DNA of 62,447 nucleotides, counting the filler, from an uncultured Methanosarcinales archaeon (GTDB lineage Archaea > Nanobdellota > Nanobdellia > Woesearchaeales > CAYSVS01): NCBI GenBank assembly GCA_964434475.1. It is 3 parts of 3 records of this genome, joined end to end, with 100 filler letters (N's around TTAATTAATTAA, not from the genome) between each part and the next. Parts side by side here need not be neighbours in the genome. Positions count along the whole stretch, not along the records: positions 1 to 22,819 come from CAYSVS010000001.1; 2 more parts are not named here. One strand, given 5' to 3'. Below, one piece after another: positions 9,407 to 18,824 of the stretch. Positions within the stretch are counted from its first letter, which is position 1, and each line of letters opens with the position of its first letter. The notes below the pieces were generated by a model. It made no database searches. It worked only from the letters and a program-made list of their open reading frames with translations, and was not told the DNA's origin. The position numbers and the translations under genes were made by a program.

Positions 9407-12061
9407 ATGGTAAAGATGGAATATTCAGCAGTAACAAAGACAGGAAACAGCAGCGCAGCAATAGACTTAGAATCTAGATTAAAGAAAGATACTGAGGAAA
9501 TAATTATTTTCAATACAACTTCTGAAAAACAAAAAAAATCTGAGAAAAAAAGAATTTCTGCAAAACTTGTACACAATCCTGAGAAAAGGGAGTTTTCTTT
9601 GCTAAATGATTGTCTGACAGAACATTATAATCAGAGATTTAAACCTTCTATAGTATGGAGTTTTACGAGTGGAAAAGGGGGTGTTGGAAAGACAACTATT
9701 GCAGGAGTTACTGCAAGAAGGCTTGCATTGGATAAAAATAATTATAAGGTTCTTCTTGTAGATGCAGATCATGGTGGACAGAATAATATACATCATCTCT
9801 TTGGAAAACAGAATAATGATAATAAAGCTATATTGAATATGGTTGAGAATGAAAGATATATGCTAAATAAGAAAAATTTAGTCAAGAGTGCTGTTTCAGA
9901 GTATCTTGATTCAGCTATTGATGTTCTATGGTCTTGTGGTCTTAAAGGTTTTAAAGAAATTTATAAGTCTTTTAATAAAGACGGAATCACTCTTGATGTA
10001 TCTATAGGTAATAAGGCAGGTGTTGATTTTTCTGATGATTACTCTGTTAGGAACGTTATAGGAAATATTATTTACGATAAGATGCCTGATTATTCAAAAG
10101 AGATAACTGGTGCAGTGATGGAATATGTAATCTATGATTTCAAAAGCAGGTCATCTGTTATAGAGAATTTTAAAGGTAAATCCAACTATAAGAAAATACT
10201 TAGCAGTATAGTTAAAAATATCCCCAAAGAACCTTTGATAAAGTCTATCTTAAGATCTGATGTTGTCTCTAAATTTATCGAAGATGTTAATGAAGAACTT
10301 GAGATTTCTTATTTTGGCCAGGATAATGTCCTTAAACAAATATGTGATAACTCAATAGTCAATGCAAAAGTATCTGAAGAAGAAAAAAAATGTCTTGGTC
10401 TTTTCAGTTCACAAAAAAATTATAATCTATCTTATGTAGATTTAGCAGGAAACGTGAAGATAGATGAAAAGAATTCCATGGGTTTAAGAAAAATTTCAAA
10501 AGTATTGAGCTATGCTTCCTCTAAATTAGGATACGACTTTGTAATAATAGATAATGGTGCAGGATCTAATAAACTTAATGATCTAAGTTCATTTTCTGAT
10601 GCCGCCATAGTCGTCGTAAATGATTCTGTGCCGTCAAAGGATGGTGCTGTAGCTGCATTGGAATCCATCTCTTTAAAAAATTATGAACTTACTATGCAGC
10701 AAGCTTTGGATGGTGGTTTTAATGCAAAACATGTCTTATACGGGATGCTTAATTCGTTGAACAAGAAAGACGAAGGAGAGGATCTTTGCGATCACGTTTT
10801 AAAAAAGATGAAGTCTTTGAAATCTGATCCTTATTTGTGCAGCATGGATTATTTAGGAAGTATAGAAGAATTGACCAAATCAAAAATAAATAAAATAACA
10901 CATAAGAACATACTTAAATCAATGACAAAAGTTTTGTCAAAAAGAGGTATGAAGGAAGATGATATTGTGCAGATATATAGGGGTTTAGGATATACTCCTT
11001 CAACTATAAAACACTCTATAGATAAATCTTTGTTAGGATATTATTTGGATGAAGTTTATACTAGTCTAAAGAAACAAGGTTTCAAAACATTAGGTATATT
11101 GACCTATCTTGCTTATGAGATGGATTTCAACCATAAAGATATTTTGAAGATAGATGATCTGAAAGAGATATCGCAAAAAGATCCTGAGGCTTTTAATGAT
11201 ATAATGGGAAAACTTTCAAAATTTTTCTATGTGCAGGATGAATCTGTAAACTATAAGACTATCATGAAAGAACTTGAAGAGCAAGGTTATCTGTTTCATG
11301 GAGATGATGTGATTAATGATAATTCCGATCTTCTAGCGAAAAGGCTTGAACTGGAATATTCTTCGATATCTCACTTTATGGGTGCTGTCAGAAAAGAAAA
11401 AAAGTCCATAGACGTGGCTTCAGATATAAAAAACATGATATCTTCCTGCGATATGTTAAGGGCTGGTGCAAAGTTAAATAGGGTTGCTGATTTTGAGTCT
11501 AAAGATAATTTAAGGAATTCTAGACAGAAAGAATTAGCTAAGAAATATCAAGAGCATTTAAATTATTATGGCATCTCAGAAAATCATCATAAATCTTTGC
11601 TTAATTATTTTTGCGGTGCAAAGATGTATTTTAATGAATTAACTTCCCATTTTGTAAAGGATAATCCTGATATATGTGATGCTTATGATGATGATATTTT
11701 CAGGACAAATAGGATCAAAATTATTGAAAAAATATCCTATAGAAATAATCTTCATACTTTTATGATATTGAACAGGAAAGATCCTAAAGAAAAAAAGTCT
11801 TGGCGAGATTATCGCGAGGAGTTAAACACTCTTGTGAAGAATAGATTGGGATTTGAGCCTAATGGGTTAGATTATGTTGTAGAGGATAAGGATACTTTCA
11901 ATAAAGCTAATTCATCCAATTGGTCAGAGATATTTTTAAAGAATGCAAAAGAAGGTCGATTGTCTAAGTCCATAGAGAATTGCGTAACAACTATACTTCC
12001 AAGTGCGAAAAAGAAATGGGCTTGGTTGAAATTTAGATATTTTGACAGGGTATGTTATTAA
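9407..12061 (+). CDS. MinD/FlhG/ParA-family P-loop ATPase with large insertions (884 aa)
   Basis: SGKGGVGKTT deviant Walker A; VLLVDAD; YDFVIIDNGAG; SDAAIVVV; late MILNR; basic-aromatic C-terminus. Confidence 0.88.
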   Translation: MVKMEYSAVTKTGNSSAAIDLESRLKKDTEEIIIFNTTSEKQKKSEKKRISAKLVHNPEKREFSLLNDCLTEHYNQRFKPSIVWSFTSGKGGVGKTTIAGVTARRLALDKNNYKVLLVDADHGGQNNIHHLFGKQNNDNKAILNMVENERYMLNKKNLVKSAVSEYLDSAIDVLWSCGLKGFKEIYKSFNKDGITLDVSIGNKAGVDFSDDYSVRNVIGNIIYDKMPDYSKEITGAVMEYVIYDFKSRSSVIENFKGKSNYKKILSSIVKNIPKEPLIKSILRSDVVSKFIEDVNEELEISYFGQDNVLKQICDNSIVNAKVSEEEKKCLGLFSSQKNYNLSYVDLAGNVKIDEKNSMGLRKISKVLSYASSKLGYDFVIIDNGAGSNKLNDLSSFSDAAIVVVNDSVPSKDGAVAALESISLKNYELTMQQALDGGFNAKHVLYGMLNSLNKKDEGEDLCDHVLKKMKSLKSDPYLCSMDYLGSIEELTKSKINKITHKNILKSMTKVLSKRGMKEDDIVQIYRGLGYTPSTIKHSIDKSLLGYYLDEVYTSLKKQGFKTLGILTYLAYEMDFNHKDILKIDDLKEISQKDPEAFNDIMGKLSKFFYVQDESVNYKTIMKELEEQGYLFHGDDVINDNSDLLAKRLELEYSSISHFMGAVRKEKKSIDVASDIKNMISSCDMLRAGAKLNRVADFESKDNLRNSRQKELAKKYQEHLNYYGISENHHKSLLNYFCGAKMYFNELTSHFVKDNPDICDAYDDDIFRTNRIKIIEKISYRNNLHTFMILNRKDPKEKKSWRDYREELNTLVKNRLGFEPNGLDYVVEDKDTFNKANSSNWSEIFLKNAKEGRLSKSIENCVTTILPSAKKKWAWLKFRYFDRVCY

Positions 12062-12104
12062 GACAATATGTGTTTTAAATCATATAAATTATTTTAAATA
12101 GCAA

Positions 12105-12120
12105 TGACAAATCTTTGTCA
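12105..12120. promoter_or_regulatory. Palindromic putative operator TGACAAA-TC-TTTGTCA
   Basis: Perfect 7-bp inverted repeat upstream of the variant promoter; CACTATTTAGT direct repeats nearby (about 12124 and 12200). Confidence 0.5.
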
Positions 12121-12156
12121 AAACACTATTTAGTTACTATTCATAAATGAAAAAAT

Positions 12157-12172
12157 CAGTAAGCTTTAAATA
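12157..12172 (+). promoter_or_regulatory. Variant promoter CAGTAAGCTTTAAATA
   Basis: Matches shared motif, about 105 nt upstream of ATG 12279. Confidence 0.65.
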
Positions 12173-12278
12173 TATTTGTCACTTTACAGGGTAGAAAAGC
12201 ACTATTTAGTGATGATTATTCATAATTCAAAGAGGGGAAACACGATAAATAGAAATAACACACGGAGGATGTTAAAAA

Positions 12279-14552
12279 ATGGTATGGGGTAATCCAATTT
12301 CAAAAGCTAACGAAGAAGTATTCAATCCTAATATAAGAACTGCGGGAGCAACCGCTGGAATGGCGACTCTTGGATATGGTCTTATGACTGTAGCTAAGAT
12401 GATGTCTCCAACAGATGCAAGTGCTGCAGAGAATAAAAAACTTATAGATATAGAAAAAACAGGAAAATATGACGCTCTAGTGGCTCAGACAAAAGCTTAT
12501 CTTAAAGGAGTAGGAGACACTAAATCACTTTCTCATATAGAGACTGGTTTTGACGGTTATAGACAAGATGATAATAAATCAACAGATTACGAATTTACAG
12601 ATTTCAGTATAGACGGCAACAATGTTTCATTTTATGATACTGAGATGCTTGGAAATGTGCCTGTTTCTTCTTTAGAGGTAAAAGCTAATAAAGAAATAGG
12701 AAGAAAATACATGGAATTCCTTAAAAGGGTTGTTGAGAAATCAAATGATCATAAATTAAGCAACTTTGAGCCTGATTATCATCTAGCAGCTAATGAGATG
12801 ACTCAAAAGGTGAGGGATCTTTATTCTGAAATTAAATCTCAACAAAGCGGAAGCAGAAATGTTAATGCTTTAGATGGAGAATATAAACAAACATTTGAGA
12901 TGATGAAAAAGTATGCTGGCATGGAAGGGTGGAGCGTAAAAGATATACAAAAACATTATGGTTTGAAACAAGACGGTTTAGCAGGGACTAAGACACTGAA
13001 CAGATTGAATCCTGACGCTAAAAAAGTATACAGTAATCTTAAAGCACAAAAACCTTCTGTAAAAAAATCAAGTATGAAGTCAGTCAAAATATCAAGAAAT
13101 CCTGCTTCAAATCTTGAAGCTAAGGTTGAAAGCAGCGGTTTTGATGAACAATTGACTTTTGATGAACAATTGACAGAAGACGTAGGTTATACTTACAGAA
13201 CAATAAAAAGCCAGAAAAGCGGAAGCAAGAATGTAGAATCTTTGCCTCATGACTCTACAGTTGAATCTACTTATAATAAATTGGTTGACTTGGCTGGATT
13301 CAATGGAAAAGATACAAAAGAGATCCAAAAAGAGTTAGGATTGAAATCAGACGGTTTAGCAGGAGTAAAGACATTGAATAGATTAGTTAAGATGGCTAAG
13401 GCTAATTCTAACTACTCAAGTAATGATAATACTTTGGAGAAAACAATGTCTAATGCAGATGTTGAAAATATCGCTCAATCTGCGATGAGTTCAACAAGCC
13501 CTTTTATCGAGGATGTTAGGGATCTGTACGATGCTTTGGAAAAACAGCCAAAAGGAAGCAGACATATAGATGCTTTGGCAAAGAGTGTAAGCACAGAACA
13601 AGGAGCAAAATATCTTGCAACTTTTTGGAAGATGACAGATTTTGCTCAAGAAGGAGGATTACAGTTCAATAAGCAGGAGGATAATCCTAAATTATCATAT
13701 GAAAACCTTCAGAAAGCTTTAGGTGCTCATGTTGACGGTAAACCTGGATTGGGAACATTGAATAAGTTAAATCCATTGGCTAAGCCTGTTTATACAAGCA
13801 TGCCTAAGTCTGAGTTCAAAGAATCATATGTTTCTAATGAAGCTCAGAACGCTCAAGATAAGGTTATCAAACAGCTAGAGAAGGATCTTGGAACAAAGAT
13901 CGCTGGTGAGGATAATAATGTTCAGAAAACAGACACACAGAAAGCAGCTGAAAAGGCTATGGATAAGATAGATGAAGCAAAAGAAAACAGAAGAGATGCT
14001 TATATGGACAGAGAATTACAAAATACTAGTCTAGATAGCGCTGTCTCAAGATTAAATGATCTTAATGTTGAAGGATTAAAGCCTAGTGTTGATGAAACCG
14101 GAAACTTCACTTTCCAAAGGAAAAGAGGAAGCATTGAAGGTTCAATTACAACAAGCGGAGATAAATATGTAGTATCTATGCAGGGCGGAATCAAGGATGG
14201 CGAATTCAACGGTAAATACAGTTCATTGGATAATGCTATGAATTCAATCGAAGAAGCTGTACTTAACAGAACATCAGCAAGTGCTCTTGATAGTATGGGC
14301 GGTGCTGGAAAAGCTGTTGGAGTTGTCGGCGGAATCGCTTTGCTGGCTGCTTTACTTGGCGGCGGCAGTGGCGGCAGTTCAGGCGGAGGCTCAAGTGCAA
14401 CATCTGCACATGATTCATCCAACACTTTTGAGAACGACATTGCAGGATTCTCTATGAAAAACCAAAGCAATCCTGAAGTTGATCAGTTCGATAAAGACAG
14501 CAATGATGTTAACAAGAATATCAATTATTTCCTAAATATGAGGAATGCATAA
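12279..14552 (+). CDS. Exported/membrane protein with three peptidoglycan-binding (PG_binding_1-like) repeats and a Gly-rich hydrophobic C-terminal segment
   Basis: IQKHYGLKQDGLAGTKTLNRL, IQKELGLKSDGLAGVKTLNRL, LQKALGAHVDGKPGLGTLNKL; N-terminal hydrophobic stretch; VGVVGGIALLAALLGGGSGG. Confidence 0.75.
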   Translation: MVWGNPISKANEEVFNPNIRTAGATAGMATLGYGLMTVAKMMSPTDASAAENKKLIDIEKTGKYDALVAQTKAYLKGVGDTKSLSHIETGFDGYRQDDNKSTDYEFTDFSIDGNNVSFYDTEMLGNVPVSSLEVKANKEIGRKYMEFLKRVVEKSNDHKLSNFEPDYHLAANEMTQKVRDLYSEIKSQQSGSRNVNALDGEYKQTFEMMKKYAGMEGWSVKDIQKHYGLKQDGLAGTKTLNRLNPDAKKVYSNLKAQKPSVKKSSMKSVKISRNPASNLEAKVESSGFDEQLTFDEQLTEDVGYTYRTIKSQKSGSKNVESLPHDSTVESTYNKLVDLAGFNGKDTKEIQKELGLKSDGLAGVKTLNRLVKMAKANSNYSSNDNTLEKTMSNADVENIAQSAMSSTSPFIEDVRDLYDALEKQPKGSRHIDALAKSVSTEQGAKYLATFWKMTDFAQEGGLQFNKQEDNPKLSYENLQKALGAHVDGKPGLGTLNKLNPLAKPVYTSMPKSEFKESYVSNEAQNAQDKVIKQLEKDLGTKIAGEDNNVQKTDTQKAAEKAMDKIDEAKENRRDAYMDRELQNTSLDSAVSRLNDLNVEGLKPSVDETGNFTFQRKRGSIEGSITTSGDKYVVSMQGGIKDGEFNGKYSSLDNAMNSIEEAVLNRTSASALDSMGGAGKAVGVVGGIALLAALLGGGSGGSSGGGSSATSAHDSSNTFENDIAGFSMKNQSNPEVDQFDKDSNDVNKNINYFLNMRNA
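13139..13174 (+). repeat. 18-bp tandem duplication (FDEQLT x2)
   Basis: TTTTGATGAACAATTGAC twice in tandem, in frame. Confidence 0.85.
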
Positions 14553-14575
14553 AAAACGTAGAGGAGGAAAACAAA

Positions 14576-17245
14576 ATGAAAAAATTACCTTTTATTTTTA
14601 CGATAATGATTTTGGTATTTTCATTACCTGTATTAGGGTTAACGTTCAAGACAATGGTAATTGATGTTGATACTAATTTGTCAATCAACAATTCCCATGT
14701 GATCATGTTGAATGCTTACACTCAAGCAGTAAGTGAAAAGGATGCTGGAGATGTAGCTACTTTTACTGTTGATGGAAATACTTTGTACTTTATCACTTAT
14801 TCAGCGAGCGGATACGGTGCTGATACAGACGCATTATATTTTGACAGCGGATTAGTGTCATTAGATTCAGCACAATCGCCGGTAGAGTTAGAAAGCAACG
14901 GATTTACAACAACATGTGAATTTTTTGGCGCTAACGATTTCTGGAACTGTGAAGTTGATGACGGTCAAGGAGACACTGGTTATTTTGTAGTTGATGACCT
15001 TGATAAGACAGTGATGAAAGTAAACAATCTTAATGAAGACGGAAATACTTATGAGTACTTCTTTACGGCTTTTGCATCTGATATTCAATCAAAAGATACT
15101 TTGAGCGATGTTACAGTTAAGGTTGGTTCAGTTACAAAGACTGCAGATAGTCTTGCTAATTTCATACTGCCTACTGATAAGTTATATCAGATAGATTTTA
15201 GCAAATCAGGATATACATCAAAATCAACGCAGATATATATGGATAAGAGATTATCTACTTGTGATGAATCAGCTACTACATGTACATTGGCGGAAAATGA
15301 AGACGGCTATTCTACATCATGTGTAAAAGACGGAGATTTTTTTGAATGTACTTTTATGAAAGATGGTGTAGGAAGAGTATTCTTATATGATCCTGTTGAT
15401 GAAGCTGTAGGCTATGAAGCAGAGCTTCAAAAGGCAGGTATGAGTAGTTTTACATACAAGACATGGGCGGTTGATGAGGAAACAGATGATGAGTTAGACT
15501 CTATAACTGTTACTGTAGGAAGAGACACAAAAACTGGTTCAGCTCCTGAATTCACTGTTTCAACAAATCAAGTTTTTTCAATAACATATGAAGCAGAAGG
15601 TTATGGGACAGAAGAAGCTCTGATGTTTGTAGACGCAGATATAGGTAATTGTAATACTGCAGCAGGAACATGCGAACTAGAAACAGGTGGTTTCATTACA
15701 GAAGGCGTATTCTTTGCAGATTACAATCTCTGGTCATTTACAGTAGAACAAGGAGAATATAAAACTGCTTATATGTATGATCTTAATGATGACAAAGTTA
15801 AGCAGATTAGAATAATGGCTCTTTCAGATGAGGATACAGAATACCCTGTTGTATCAAATATGGTGCCTACACAAGGTGCTACTGTATATGACAGAACACC
15901 TCTTATCTCAGCAGAAGTTAGCGACAATGTTGGAATAGATGGAGATTCAATTGAATTGACTCTTGATGGTGCAGTTGTTGCACATAATCTTAATAGCAGT
16001 GTTGTAAGCTATACTCCTGTAGAAAATCTTGACTTTGGAGAGCATGAAGCAAGTTTAAGAGTTTCAGATACAAGCGGCAATACTTATACAAGATGTTGGT
16101 CATTTACAGTTGCAAACCAAGCACCTATAGCAGATGCATCTTCAGATGAGACAAGCGTTGAAGTTGGAGAATCAATCTCATTCAATGCAGGATTATCATA
16201 TGATCCAGATGGAGATAGTTTAACATTTTCATGGGATTTTGGAGACGGCAATAGTGCGACAGGATTGCTTGCAGCTCATTCATATTCAACATCAGGCACA
16301 TATACTGTTACATTGAATGTTACAGACGAGCATGGTTCATCAAGTACTGATACTATATCTATCAGCGTATCTGTTGAAAATAATGCTCCGGTAGCAGATG
16401 CTGGTAATGATCAAACAGTAAGTGTTAACGATGAAGTGCAGTTTGATAGTTCTGGTTCATCTGATCCTGATGGAGATAGTTTAACATTTTCATGGGATTT
16501 TGGAGACGGTACAATTCTGGGTGTAGTTAATCCTACACATAATTTCACAGAATACGGCAACTATACTGTTGTGTTGACTGTAACAGATGAGTATGGATCA
16601 AGCGACACAGATAGTGTTAAGATAATCGTAAACGGCATACCTACTGCAGTTGCAGGAGGGCCTTATACTGGATATGTCAATGAATCATTGGGATTTGATG
16701 GAACAGATTCTAGTGATGATGAAGATGGACTTCAGTATAAATGGGAATTTGGCGACGGCAGTACGGGTTCAGGAGAGAATCCTACTCACACATATACTCA
16801 AGCAGGAACTTATACGGTTAAATTGACAGTGATTGATGTAGATGGACTTAACAAAACAGATATGACTACAGCTACAATAACAGAAAAAGACACACCTGCA
16901 CCAGCTCCAGAAAAAAAGGATAAAGAAGTGACTTTTGCAAGGATTACATCAGTAAATAGTGAATTCGCATTACCTGGAGATTATGTCAAGTATAATTTTA
17001 AGCTTGCGAATACAGGAGACTGCGATATGGAAGACGTGAAAATAAAAGCGATAATTCCTGAACTGGCAGTGTGGAGAAGTGTTGGACCTTTTGACATAGA
17101 CGAAGACGACGAAGTTTACAAACAGCTATTGTTAGAGATACCTGAGTATGCAGTGTCAGGAGAAGAGTATATGGTCAGGTTTAAGATTAGTCAGGGTGGA
17201 GAACACCTTAGGACTAAACATAGGTTTATTAGGGTAATCCAATAA
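14576..17245 (+). CDS. Secreted surface protein: three Cys-containing N-terminal repeats, Ig-like domain, three PKD domains, CARDB-like C-terminus
   Basis: Signal peptide; WDFGDG/WEFGDG PKD motifs x3; SD GAGGAGG. Confidence 0.9.
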   Translation: MKKLPFIFTIMILVFSLPVLGLTFKTMVIDVDTNLSINNSHVIMLNAYTQAVSEKDAGDVATFTVDGNTLYFITYSASGYGADTDALYFDSGLVSLDSAQSPVELESNGFTTTCEFFGANDFWNCEVDDGQGDTGYFVVDDLDKTVMKVNNLNEDGNTYEYFFTAFASDIQSKDTLSDVTVKVGSVTKTADSLANFILPTDKLYQIDFSKSGYTSKSTQIYMDKRLSTCDESATTCTLAENEDGYSTSCVKDGDFFECTFMKDGVGRVFLYDPVDEAVGYEAELQKAGMSSFTYKTWAVDEETDDELDSITVTVGRDTKTGSAPEFTVSTNQVFSITYEAEGYGTEEALMFVDADIGNCNTAAGTCELETGGFITEGVFFADYNLWSFTVEQGEYKTAYMYDLNDDKVKQIRIMALSDEDTEYPVVSNMVPTQGATVYDRTPLISAEVSDNVGIDGDSIELTLDGAVVAHNLNSSVVSYTPVENLDFGEHEASLRVSDTSGNTYTRCWSFTVANQAPIADASSDETSVEVGESISFNAGLSYDPDGDSLTFSWDFGDGNSATGLLAAHSYSTSGTYTVTLNVTDEHGSSSTDTISISVSVENNAPVADAGNDQTVSVNDEVQFDSSGSSDPDGDSLTFSWDFGDGTILGVVNPTHNFTEYGNYTVVLTVTDEYGSSDTDSVKIIVNGIPTAVAGGPYTGYVNESLGFDGTDSSDDEDGLQYKWEFGDGSTGSGENPTHTYTQAGTYTVKLTVIDVDGLNKTDMTTATITEKDTPAPAPEKKDKEVTFARITSVNSEFALPGDYVKYNFKLANTGDCDMEDVKIKAIIPELAVWRSVGPFDIDEDDEVYKQLLLEIPEYAVSGEEYMVRFKISQGGEHLRTKHRFIRVIQ
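16208..16509 (+). repeat. 41-bp exact direct repeat between PKD domains 1 and 2 (16208-16248, 16469-16509)
   Basis: GATGGAGATAGTTTAACATTTTCATGGGATTTTGGAGACGG twice. Confidence 0.85.
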
Positions 17246-17372
17246 ACACTCAAACACAGTTATTGTGTGTAACTACTCAATCATACTAAAAAACCGAAAG
17301 GTTTATAAGTATGCTTGACTTACACGTCAATAATACAAATGAAATAACGATCAAACATGGAGGGATCAAAAA

Positions 17373-18644
17373 ATGAAAGGAATCAAATCATTCAGTGTGA
17401 TTGCGGTTTTAGTACTTACTTTGATTGCAATGACAGGTATAGCAACAGCTGTTCCTGTTAGCGTAGACGAAGTAAAGATCAACGGTGATGAGGTTTCAAG
17501 CGGAGAAACTCTATATGTAGAAAGAGGAGACGCACTTGAAATCAAAACCAAAATGACTGCGACAGGAGATGCATCAAATGTAGAATTGAGAGCATTTATC
17601 GCAGGTTACGAGTATAGTGATCATGAGAAAACATCAGATTCAGCACATATTTTCGATTTGGAAAATGGTCTGACTTACAAGAAAACATTCACTATAGATC
17701 TTCCGACAAAATTGGATAAAGACAACTACAAACTAAGATTTTATGTGGTTGACAGAAATGGAGAATCAACAGAGAAAGAATTCAATCTTAAAGTTGGAAG
17801 TCAAAGACACGCTTTAAACATCAAGGATGTTGTATTTAGTCCTGAAGGAACAGTAAAAGCTGGTAGAGCTTTATTGTCAACAGTAAGGATCAAGAACATC
17901 GGTGAAAAAGACGAAGATGGCATCAAGGTTAAGATGTCAATCCCAGAGCTTGGTATTAGAGCATCAGAATATATCGACGAGATAGAAGCTGATGAAACTA
18001 AAACAAGCGAAGAGCTATTGATGAGGATACCAAAAAGCGTAAAAGCTGGTGAATATACAGCTATCGCAAGTGTAGAATTTGACGAAGGTTATGAAACATC
18101 TACAAAAGAATTCACTATAAAAGTTGAATCAGATGCTGCTGCTCAAGAAGCTTCAACAAGTTCACAGCAAATAATCTTATCAGTTGCTGAGACACCACAA
18201 GACATTGCAAAAGGTAAAGGTGGAGCTATCTATCCTTTGACAATAAGCAATACAGGAAGCACTTCAAAAACATTCACAATAAATGCAGAAGCAGGTGAAT
18301 GGGCTTCAGTTAGAATAAGTCCAAGCAATCATTTGGTTGTAGGTCCTAATCAAGCAGAAGCTGCTTACATATACGTTAGCGCGAGCGAAGAAGCTCAAGC
18401 AGGCGAACAAGTTTTCAGTTTATCAGTTAAGTCTGGTGAGAATACTTTGAAAACAATCAGCCTAAAAGCTAATGTTGTTGAATCAGCTAAAGCAGGAAGC
18501 TGGGATAAAGTTAAGAAAGGACTAGAAATAGGTCTAGTTGTTTTGGTTGTGCTTTTGGTTATCTTAGGTTTGATAATCGGCTTTAACAGACTTAAAGCAG
18601 ATGATGAAGACGAAGATTTAGAAGCAGGACAGACTTACTATTAA
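17373..18644 (+). CDS. Cell-surface / S-layer-like protein with Ig/CARDB-like domains and C-terminal TM anchor
   Basis: Signal peptide, beta-rich domains, GLEIGLVVLVVLLVILGLIIGF anchor; own BRE-TATA (CCGAAAGGTTTATAA) and T-rich terminator. Confidence 0.8.
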   Translation: MKGIKSFSVIAVLVLTLIAMTGIATAVPVSVDEVKINGDEVSSGETLYVERGDALEIKTKMTATGDASNVELRAFIAGYEYSDHEKTSDSAHIFDLENGLTYKKTFTIDLPTKLDKDNYKLRFYVVDRNGESTEKEFNLKVGSQRHALNIKDVVFSPEGTVKAGRALLSTVRIKNIGEKDEDGIKVKMSIPELGIRASEYIDEIEADETKTSEELLMRIPKSVKAGEYTAIASVEFDEGYETSTKEFTIKVESDAAAQEASTSSQQIILSVAETPQDIAKGKGGAIYPLTISNTGSTSKTFTINAEAGEWASVRISPSNHLVVGPNQAEAAYIYVSASEEAQAGEQVFSLSVKSGENTLKTISLKANVVESAKAGSWDKVKKGLEIGLVVLVVLLVILGLIIGFNRLKADDEDEDLEAGQTYY

Positions 18645-18680
18645 GTCTTTTTTATTATTTTTTTTATTTTATTTTTCTGA
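18645..18680 (+). terminator. Oligo-T archaeal terminator
   Basis: Successive T runs immediately after the stop codon. Confidence 0.6.
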
Positions 18681-18824
18681 TATTTTTTAATAATATTCAT
18701 CTGATATTTTTATTTTTAATATGTTCTATTGTATAATAATTATAATATATTCTATAAAATAGATATCTTTAAATAGTTGTATCTATTTCAAAGTAGCAAA
18801 TATAGTGGTTCAGGGGGTTAAATA

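Noticed and set aside
8177..13130. LExKV/LESRL motif (DPLEEKV, DLESRL, NLEAKV) as a shared export signal
   Set aside because: Too short and position inconsistent to separate from chance by eye
1719..14552. Bacterial contamination as the source of SecA, amidase and MinD
   Set aside because: No gap between these genes and the archaeal intron tRNA or surface genes, archaeal TATA promoters, and strong divergence from bacterial proteins; read mapping is still needed to exclude a chimera
1568..17245. Provirus or integrative element at tRNA-Trp
   Set aside because: No integrase, capsid, terminase or replication gene, and no downstream duplicate of the tRNA 3' end was seen
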